Assembly (NCBI GenBank): GCA_046075685.1
Contig: JBJTQP010000092.1
Span: 861-64,860, forward strand
Length of the DNA stretch: 64,000 bases
Direction: 5' to 3'
Origin: Planctomycetaceae bacterium
GTDB lineage: Bacteria > Planctomycetota > Planctomycetia > Pirellulales > UBA1268
The translations under genes were made by a program, and so were the position numbers. A model generated the notes under the pieces. The model had not been told where the DNA came from. It ran no database searches and saw only the letters and a list, made by a program, of their open reading frames with translations. How positions within the stretch are numbered: the first letter of the stretch is position 1; each line of letters opens with the position of its first letter. Positions 56,835 through 64,000 of this stretch are shown piece after piece.

Positions 56835-58289
56835 ATGCCGGGATCGAGCACTCGACGGGCGTTCTGCCGACGGATGACGATCGCCGGCGCCACCGGGGCG
56901 GTCGCGCCGGCCTTCGGGGCGGTCGCCGCCGAGGGGCCGATCCGGCTGCGGGTGAAGGACGTTCGCACCGCGTTCCGCGACCACCGCTACCGCACGCCCT
57001 ACAAGTTCGGCGGCGTGCCGGTCGATCGCGTCACGCTCCTCGACGTGGCGATCGACGCCGAGACGCCGGCGGGCCGCCTCGTCACCGGCACGGCATCGAT
57101 GCCCCTGGGCAACGTGTGGGCCTTTCCCGCCCGCGACCTGCCCTACCAGGTGACGCTCGACGCGATGAAGTCCCTCGCAGCGGCGATCGCCGGCCGGGTG
57201 GCGGCCTGCACCGAGGCGGCCCATCCGCTCGAACTCTGGCACATGCTCGAACCAGAGTTCCTTGCGGCCGCCGGCGTCGAGGAGCGGCGGCTGGCGCTGC
57301 CGGTGCCGATCCCGAAACTCGCCACGCTGGTGGTGGCGAGCCCGTTCGATGCGGCCCTCCACGACGCCTGCGGCCGGTCGGTCGGGATGCCGAGCTTCCT
57401 GACCGTGGCCCCGGAGTTCGTGGGGCACGACCTGTCGCGGTATCTCGGTGCGGAGTTTCGGGGCGTGAGCCTCGCCGACGTGGTGCGGCCGCGGCCCGTC
57501 GACGCGGTGCCGCTGTTCCATTCCGTCGGCGGCAGCGATCCGCTCACCGTCGCCGAGGCCGACGCCGCCGACGTGCCCAGGGACGGCCTGCCGCGGACGC
57601 TCGCCGAGTGGATCGAGTTCAACGGCCTCTGGAACGTGAAGATCAAGCTCCAGGGGGAGTCGCTCGACTGGGATGTCGACCGCACGCTCGCCGTGGACAC
57701 GATCGCGCGGGCGACGCGGCCGGCCGCCAGTTGGCGATACTGCGTCGACTTCAACGAACGCTGCCCGAACGTGGAGTACGTGCTCGAGTACCTGCGGCGG
57801 GTGCGGGAGGGCTCGCCCGCGTGCCTCGAGAGCATCCTCTACGTGGAGCAGCCGACGGCCCGCGACCTCGCGGCCCCGCCGCGGAACGACATGCACGCCG
57901 CGGCGAAGCTGCGGCCGGTGGTCATCGACGAGTCCCTCACCGACCTGGAAACGCTGCTGCTCGCCCGCGACCTCGGCTACACGGGCGTGGCCCTCAAGGC
58001 CTGCAAGGGTCAGTCGCACTCGCTGCTGATGGCGGCGGCGGCACGGCGGCACGGGATGTTCGTCTGCGTCCAGGACCTCACCTGCCCCGGGGCGGCGCTG
58101 GTGCACTCGGCCGGGATCGCCGCCTGGGTTCCCGGCGTGGCTGGGATCGAGGCCAACGCCCGGCAATACGTGCCCGAGGCGAACCGCGGCTGGGAAGAGC
58201 GGCTCCCGGGGATCTTTCGGGTGAGTGATGGCACGCTGCATACCGCCGGCCTCGCCGACCGGCCCGGGCTCGGCGCGGGTGAGGGCTGA
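56835..58289 (+). CDS. Enolase-superfamily (mandelate racemase/muconate lactonizing enzyme-like) protein with Tat-like signal
   Basis: AGGAG lies upstream of the ATG at 56835. The N-terminus MPGSSTRRAFCRRMTIAGATGAVAPAFGAVAA is Tat-like. VKIKL (KxK), VDFNE, YVEQP and VVIDES match the metal-ligand/acid-base pattern of the superfamily. Confidence 0.75.
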   Translation: MPGSSTRRAFCRRMTIAGATGAVAPAFGAVAAEGPIRLRVKDVRTAFRDHRYRTPYKFGGVPVDRVTLLDVAIDAETPAGRLVTGTASMPLGNVWAFPARDLPYQVTLDAMKSLAAAIAGRVAACTEAAHPLELWHMLEPEFLAAAGVEERRLALPVPIPKLATLVVASPFDAALHDACGRSVGMPSFLTVAPEFVGHDLSRYLGAEFRGVSLADVVRPRPVDAVPLFHSVGGSDPLTVAEADAADVPRDGLPRTLAEWIEFNGLWNVKIKLQGESLDWDVDRTLAVDTIARATRPAASWRYCVDFNERCPNVEYVLEYLRRVREGSPACLESILYVEQPTARDLAAPPRNDMHAAAKLRPVVIDESLTDLETLLLARDLGYTGVALKACKGQSHSLLMAAAARRHGMFVCVQDLTCPGAALVHSAGIAAWVPGVAGIEANARQYVPEANRGWEERLPGIFRVSDGTLHTAGLADRPGLGAGEG

Positions 58290-58384
58290 CGGCGGAGCGG
58301 CGTGGGGCGCTGGTCGGCGGGTTCAGACCCCGCAGACATGTCGCGCGGCTGCGACGAATGCCGGGGCGATTCACATTCGCGTGA

Positions 58385-58888
<504 letters not shown>

Positions 58889-58899
58889 GGCCGCGGGCT

Positions 58900-58931
58900 G
58901 CTGCCGGGGCCGGCCTGACGGCCCCGGCAGC
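58900..58931. terminator. Perfect 12-bp GC hairpin between convergent glnB and the dipeptidase gene
   Basis: GCTGCCGGGGCC (58900-58911), loop of 8 nt, GGCCCCGGCAGC (58920-58931). Confidence 0.5.
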
Positions 58932-58968
58932 GCCGCGCCGGATCGACCTCACCGCTGCGTGCCGTCGC

Positions 58969-60192
58969 TCACCGCCGCCCCGCCTCCCGCAGCACCCGCA
59001 GCACGTTGCCGCTCATGATCCTGGCGATCTGCTCCGGCGCGTAGCCGCGGTTGAGCAGTTCCTGCGTGATGGCCGGATAGGCTGCGACGTCCTCGAGCTG
59101 CCGGGGCAGAAGCCCGACGCCGTCGAAGTCGGAGCCGATGCCCACGTGGTCGATGCCGGCGATCTTCACGACATGGTCGATGTGGTCGACCACGTCGTGC
59201 ACCGATCCGCGATCGATCGGATGCTCCGCCTCCCAGCGCTTCTTGGCCGCCTTGTAGTCGGCCTCCTGGGGGTGCTCCCGGTGGAGCCGGCGGTTGACCG
59301 CGAACATGTCGGCCCGCCGGCGTGCCGATTCGGGGTGCACGAAGCCCGAATAAAAGGTCACCATCACGACCCCGCCGTTGGCGGCCGTCAGCCTCAGCAC
59401 GTCGTCGGGGACGTTGCGGGGATGATCCGCGATCGCCCGGGCGGAGGAGTGGGAGAAGATCACCGGGGCCGACGTCACCCGGAGAGCGTGTCGCATCGTC
59501 TCCGGTGAGACGTGCGACAGGTCGACCAGCATGCCGAGGCGGTTCATCTCGCGAACCACCTCCTCCCCGAAGGGCGTGAGCCCGCCGTGACGGGGTTCGT
59601 CCGTGGCGGCGTCAGCCCAGCCCACGGTGTCGGCGTGCGTCAGCGTCATGTAGCGGGCGCCCAACTCGTGGAGTCGTCGCAGGTTTGCCAGCGAGTCCTC
59701 GATGCAGTGCCCTCCCTCGACTCCGATCAGCGATGCGATCCGGCCGGCCGCCCGGCAGCGATCCACGTCGTCGGCCGTGAGGGCGATCTCGAACGAGTCC
59801 GGATGCCGGCGGACGATCTCGCGGACGAGGGCGATCTGCTCGATCGTGGTCTGCAGGGCCGTACCCTGCCGCGCGGTGTCTGCGGGCACGAAGACCGACC
59901 AGAACTGGGCGCCGACGTTGCCCCGCCGCAGCCGCGGAATGTCGGTGTCGTAGGCCGGCACGCCGGCGGCGAGATCGATGCCGTCGAGCGAACCGCCCGC
60001 CGCCGTGCGGATCTTCCACGGCAGGTCGTTGTGACCATCGAACACGAAGGTTTCGCGATGCACCCGCAGCGCCTCGTCGCTGACGACCACCGCCTGCCGC
60101 TGCTCCGCAGCCGCCATGGTCGCAGCCGTGATGAGCAGAACGGCAGCCTGCGGCACCCAGGGAGGCGGCGGGCGGGAGCGAGCAGGCGACAT
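58969..60192 (-). CDS. Membrane (renal-type) dipeptidase, peptidase M19 family, secreted
   Basis: 407 aa with a signal peptide. [40 protein letters not shown] and IFSHSSARA are present. Confidence 0.9.
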   Translation of the reverse strand: MSPARSRPPPPWVPQAAVLLITAATMAAAEQRQAVVVSDEALRVHRETFVFDGHNDLPWKIRTAAGGSLDGIDLAAGVPAYDTDIPRLRRGNVGAQFWSVFVPADTARQGTALQTTIEQIALVREIVRRHPDSFEIALTADDVDRCRAAGRIASLIGVEGGHCIEDSLANLRRLHELGARYMTLTHADTVGWADAATDEPRHGGLTPFGEEVVREMNRLGMLVDLSHVSPETMRHALRVTSAPVIFSHSSARAIADHPRNVPDDVLRLTAANGGVVMVTFYSGFVHPESARRRADMFAVNRRLHREHPQEADYKAAKKRWEAEHPIDRGSVHDVVDHIDHVVKIAGIDHVGIGSDFDGVGLLPRQLEDVAAYPAITQELLNRGYAPEQIARIMSGNVLRVLREAGRR

Positions 60193-60214
60193 GCTACGAA
60201 CGTTTCCCCGGGGA

Positions 60215-61138
60215 TCACGGATGTGCGGGCCCGCGCGGGCCCAGCATCAGGCGGGCGAGCGACACGGCTGCAACCGTCACGATACCGCAGGCCAGGCCCG
60301 CCAGGGCATCCGTCGCCATGGACAGGAGCCCCGCCCAGTGCGCCGTCCGCGCCGCGTCACCGACAACCCGCACTGCCAGATCGAGAAGGTGATGATGCAG
60401 ACTCGGAATGCCATGGGCGAGGATGCCGCCCCCGACGAGAAACATGGCCGCCGTGCCGGCGATCGACAGGCCGCGCATCAGCCACGGCGTTGCCGCCACG
60501 ATCACCCTGCCGATCGAGGCGAGCGGCTCCGGCCGGACGGCCATGGCGAGCCCTGCGTCGTCGAGCCTCACGATCGTCGCCACGAGCCCGTAGACGCCGA
60601 GGGTCATGGCGGCCGCGACGACGATCATCACGCCCAGCTGCGTCGCCAGCGGCCTGCCCGCCACCACGCCGAGCGTGATCACGATGATCTCCGCCGAGAG
60701 GATGAAGTCGGTACGCACGGCACCGGCGATCCGGATCGCTTCGGCCGCCTCGGCGTCCACCGGTGCGGATGCCGGATGTCCCTGCGCATGCCCGGCGGCG
60801 GTTCCACGGCCTGACCGATGCAGGATCTTTTCCGCGCCCTCGAAGCAGAGGTATGCACCGCCGGCCATCAGCAGGGGCGTCACGGCCCATGGGGCCAGGC
60901 CGCTCACGATCAAGGCGGCCGGAATGAGCACGAGCTTGTTGATCGCGGAACCGACCGCCACTCGCCAGACGACGAGAAGTTCACGGGCAGGACTCACGCC
61001 CGAGACCTGCTTGGCGTTGAGAGCGAGATCATCCCCCACGACGCCGGCGGTCTTCCGGGCGGCGACCTTGGCCATTGTCGCCACGTCGTCGAGCACGCCG
61101 GCAATGTCGTCGATCAGGAGCAGCAGGCTCGATGGCAT
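60215..61138 (-). CDS. DUF808 family inner-membrane protein (YedI-like)
   Basis: [48 protein letters not shown] matches the YedI/DUF808 N-terminus. Several TM helices are present. Confidence 0.85.
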   Translation of the reverse strand: MPSSLLLLIDDIAGVLDDVATMAKVAARKTAGVVGDDLALNAKQVSGVSPARELLVVWRVAVGSAINKLVLIPAALIVSGLAPWAVTPLLMAGGAYLCFEGAEKILHRSGRGTAAGHAQGHPASAPVDAEAAEAIRIAGAVRTDFILSAEIIVITLGVVAGRPLATQLGVMIVVAAAMTLGVYGLVATIVRLDDAGLAMAVRPEPLASIGRVIVAATPWLMRGLSIAGTAAMFLVGGGILAHGIPSLHHHLLDLAVRVVGDAARTAHWAGLLSMATDALAGLACGIVTVAAVSLARLMLGPRGPAHP

Positions 61139-61162
61139 GCAGGATCGCCTCGTGACCAGGGC

Positions 61163-64000
61163 CTATCGCCGCCCCATGGCCGGCGGATGCCGAGGGGTCG
61201 TGCCGTCGTCGGCCACGACCTCCAGCTCACCGTTCATCGCCCGCCAGTGGCCCGGAAACGTGCACAGGAAAGGATACATGCCCGGCTCGGACGGCAGCCG
61301 GAAGGAGATCCGCTGGCGGTCGTTGGGGGGCACCACGTCGGTGTAGGCCACGACGTCGCCGCTCCGGGGGACGTACTGCCGCGCGACGCCGTCCGGATCG
61401 AGCACCAGCGCGTCGGCCGCCGTGCCAACCCGCTCGAGCGCGCCCGGTCGGACGAGCGCCCAGTTGTGGGGCACCGTGTCCGGATTGGTCAGCGTCACCG
61501 TCAACGCCTCCCCGGGGCGGGCGCGGAGCCGCCGCGGCGCGAACGACAGGTTTGGGCCCACCGCGATCTCGATCTCGCGGGCGTCGGTGAGGTGCTTCTC
61601 GAACGGGTTGCGTTCGCGGCGGGGCCCACGGGCCAGGTCGGCCGCGAGGGGATGCGGCGGCACAGGGCTTGTCCGCGGCGCGATGCCGTCGCCCACGAAT
61701 GACGAGTCGAGGCGGTTGGCTGTGAGGAACAGGTCGTGGATCGACCCTGCAGCCGTTTCCACGGCGAGGTGGATCTGGCTCACCGGCCGGATGTCGGGCA
61801 GCTCGAGAAACAGCCCGCGGCCGTCGGCGCTGGGCACGGCGGCGCGGATCGGAAGGTGGTCATGGCCCACCATGCCCTCGTAGCGCGGCGAATACTCCGC
61901 CGAGCCGTAGCCCTCGCTGTAGCGATAGTTCCAGGCCTGGGCGACGTGCCGGGCGGGATCGCCCGCCACCGTGGGATCGAGCGGCTCCGCGAACCGCACG
62001 AGCACCCCGTTGTCGTGGACATGGAAGCCGATCGGCAGCTGCACGCCGCCGCCGTCGGCGCGGCCGGTGAACCGCACCCGCTGCAGGCAGCCGAGGTCGG
62101 GCGTGTAGGTGCCCCAGCCCGTCATCCCGCAGAGGTAGATCCCGCCGTCGACCGGCTGAAACCGCGCCCGGTGCACGCCCGAGCGAAACTCGACCGGCAG
62201 CGGCACCGCGGCTCCCTGCACTGCGTCCCCGACCCGATCGCGGAGGATCACCATCGCCGTGCCGGCCCCAAACGACGTGTGGAGCAGCGATCCGCCGAGC
62301 GGCCCCGGGGCGCCAGCGGGGATCCACGCCTGGCCGCCGGAGGAGTTGTCGAGGCCGCGGGGAAGGTAGAGCAGCGGCGGCTCGACTCCGCGGTGGGGAT
62401 CGGGGCCTCCGGACCCGAAGTGGGGAGGCGACGACGCGTCGGGCCGCACCGCGACGATCATGCTCGCAGGCACCCAGTCGCCTTCGCTCGACGGAGCGGT
62501 GATGGTGCCGTCGGGAAGGATGCCGACGCCATCGGGGTTGCGCAGGCCCGTGGCGAGCACCTCGTGGCTGCCGCCGTCGGCCGCGATCCGCAGCAGGCCC
62601 TCCACGCTCGACACCGTCACGAATCTCCCGGCTGCGTCGCGGGCCAGCCCGCAGACGTAGTCGTGGCCGCCGGACGAGCAGCGGTAGGATCGACAGAAGC
62701 ACTCGTACCAATCGGTTTCGCCGTCACCATCGCGGTCGATGAGCCGCGTGATCTGGTCGCGGCCCAGCACGTGCGGCACGCCCTCGACCACGACCAGGCC
62801 GAGCGGCTGGTGCAGCCCGGCGGCGATCCGCCGCCAGCGGACCTCTGCCAGCGTGTCGTCGATGCCGTCGATCCGCCAGACGTCGCCATGCATCGTGCAG
62901 ACGACCAGGCCGCCGTCGGGCAGCACATCGAGGTCGCCGCAGTAGAAGGCGGCATTCCAGGGATTCTTCTCTGGCAGGGCGAGTGTGTCGACGGCCCAGG
63001 GGCGGCCGTCGCCGCGGCGGCCCCGGGTGACGAGCACGTCGGGCCACTGCGGGCCGCCGCCATCGAGCATGGCCGCGTGCGGGTGGCCGTCCACCGGCGC
63101 CGCCACGCGGACAAACCGTCCGTCGACGGCGGTGCCGACGTCGAGCCAGCGGGTGCCGTTCACCGAATAGATGAATCCGACCCGCGTGCCATGACGGCAG
63201 AAGCCCTCGTAGCGGGTCGCGCCCGCCGGCGTCTTCATCTCGGGCAGCGGCAGCTGTTTGCCTTCGGGCTGAAGACCGTCCAGGAATCCATGACGCTTGT
63301 CTGAGAACCGGACGAAGCCACCCGACCACGCGATCGGCCAGGTGAGGGTGTCGGGGTCGAAGCAGGCCGCGAGTCCGGCATCGAGCCGGACGCAGACCGC
63401 GCGGGGCACGGTGATGCCGAAGCCGCGAAACACGCCCGCCTGCAGTGAGCCCGGCCGCACCTCGTTCCAGCGATTGCTCCGCCACTCGTCCTCCCACTGG
63501 TTGCCCCAGTGGCCCAGCGTGCCGCCGTCGAGGCCGGGATACGCGGGCAGGAGCCTCGGTCGCGGGCAGAGATCCCGGACGTGTCGCGCCTCCTTGGCGT
63601 AGAAGTCGTAGACCCGATCGCGGTTGATCGGCTGCTGCCAGTCGGCGAAGGCCGCGGGGTCGAGCGGCCGCCGCGCAGGCGTGAAGGCCAGCGGAGCCGG
63701 CGGGTGGGATGCGGCGAGCAGGTCGGCGGCCGTCGCGGCCGACAGGTCCTCGTGCCTGCCGAGATCGGCGAGAAAGCGGACGAGGTCGGCCCTCTCGTCC
63801 TCGGTCAGCGTCGCGATCACCTCTGTCGGCATCGACGAGCCGCCGTCGGTGCGGGACTCGATCCGGCTGCAGGGGAGCGCTTCGACCTCCCCGGTCTGCG
63901 GATCGCGGAGCCGCAGCGTGCCCTCGTGCTCGGCGTCGACGACGCCGCGGCGGCTCGTGCCGTCGTCGAGGGACACGATCGTGAGCCGATGACGGTGATC
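61163..64000 (-). CDS. Large secreted dehydrogenase-like beta-propeller protein with a C-terminal azurin-like cupredoxin domain; the 5' end lies outside the window
   Basis: The frame is open to the window edge. The C-terminus has VTLTNPDTVPHNWAL...YPFLCTFPGHWRAMNGELEVV, which gives azurin ligand spacing H...C-x4-H-x3-M. The middle resembles glucose/sorbosone-dehydrogenase-type propellers common in PVC bacteria. Confidence 0.8.
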   Translation of the reverse strand, partial: DHRHRLTIVSLDDGTSRRGVVDAEHEGTLRLRDPQTGEVEALPCSRIESRTDGGSSMPTEVIATLTEDERADLVRFLADLGRHEDLSAATAADLLAASHPPAPLAFTPARRPLDPAAFADWQQPINRDRVYDFYAKEARHVRDLCPRPRLLPAYPGLDGGTLGHWGNQWEDEWRSNRWNEVRPGSLQAGVFRGFGITVPRAVCVRLDAGLAACFDPDTLTWPIAWSGGFVRFSDKRHGFLDGLQPEGKQLPLPEMKTPAGATRYEGFCRHGTRVGFIYSVNGTRWLDVGTAVDGRFVRVAAPVDGHPHAAMLDGGGPQWPDVLVTRGRRGDGRPWAVDTLALPEKNPWNAAFYCGDLDVLPDGGLVVCTMHGDVWRIDGIDDTLAEVRWRRIAAGLHQPLGLVVVEGVPHVLGRDQITRLIDRDGDGETDWYECFCRSYRCSSGGHDYVCGLARDAAGRFVTVSSVEGLLRIAADGGSHEVLATGLRNPDGVGILPDGTITAPSSEGDWVPASMIVAVRPDASSPPHFGSGGPDPHRGVEPPLLYLPRGLDNSSGGQAWIPAGAPGPLGGSLLHTSFGAGTAMVILRDRVGDAVQGAAVPLPVEFRSGVHRARFQPVDGGIYLCGMTGWGTYTPDLGCLQRVRFTGRADGGGVQLPIGFHVHDNGVLVRFAEPLDPTVAGDPARHVAQAWNYRYSEGYGSAEYSPRYEGMVGHDHLPIRAAVPSADGRGLFLELPDIRPVSQIHLAVETAAGSIHDLFLTANRLDSSFVGDGIAPRTSPVPPHPLAADLARGPRRERNPFEKHLTDAREIEIAVGPNLSFAPRRLRARPGEALTVTLTNPDTVPHNWALVRPGALERVGTAADALVLDPDGVARQYVPRSGDVVAYTDVVPPNDRQRISFRLPSEPGMYPFLCTFPGHWRAMNGELEVVADDGTTPRHPPAMGRR

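Overview
This is a very GC-rich bacterial chromosomal window, with G/C at nearly every third codon position and therefore many long spurious alternate-frame ORFs. The gene content points to Planctomycetota (PVC group), but the taxon is inferred, not proven. Supporting content: DUF1080 modules, sulfatases, a giant PEP-CTERM protein built from autotransporter-associated beta-strand repeats, a DUF11 repeat protein, a Tat-exported Gfo/Idh/MocA oxidoreductase, an H4MPT-type formyltransferase, and a beta-propeller/cupredoxin protein.

I support about 40 protein-coding genes.
- Housekeeping genes: an acs 3' fragment, cysK, infC-rpmI-rplT-pheS-pheT, ribD, glnB, and a sigma-70 family factor.
- Sulfated-glycan-type locus (26.3-39.9 kb): a BNR-sialidase-like/sulfatase fusion, an interrupted AraC regulator, a second sulfatase, a YidR/DUF3748 homolog, a 1954-aa GH-core/repeat/PEP-CTERM protein, and a PhyH dioxygenase.
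- Exported glycan/uronate-type cluster (51.1-58.3 kb): a CE15-DUF1080 fusion, a Tat Gfo/Idh/MocA oxidoreductase, two HEAT-repeat proteins, and a divergent Tat-signal enolase-superfamily enzyme.

I saw no rRNA, tRNA, CRISPR array, transposase or integrase.

Most noteworthy non-standard signals:
1. A 492-nt spacer between rpmI and rplT that carries tandem repeats and hairpins.
2. An AraC regulator cut by one in-frame TAG that is followed directly by GTG.
3. A pair of 50-bp palindrome-bearing direct repeats, one of which overlaps a stop codon.
4. A sigma-54-type promoter candidate upstream of an orphan glnB, together with a sigma-54 activator whose receiver domain looks degenerate.
5. Several unusual domain fusions: the ABC exporter, sialidase-like/sulfatase, CE15-DUF1080, and propeller-azurin.
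6. A cluster of sigma factor, FG-GAP protein, serine protease and secreted protein.

All functional calls come from motif and family recognition by eye. No database search was run.
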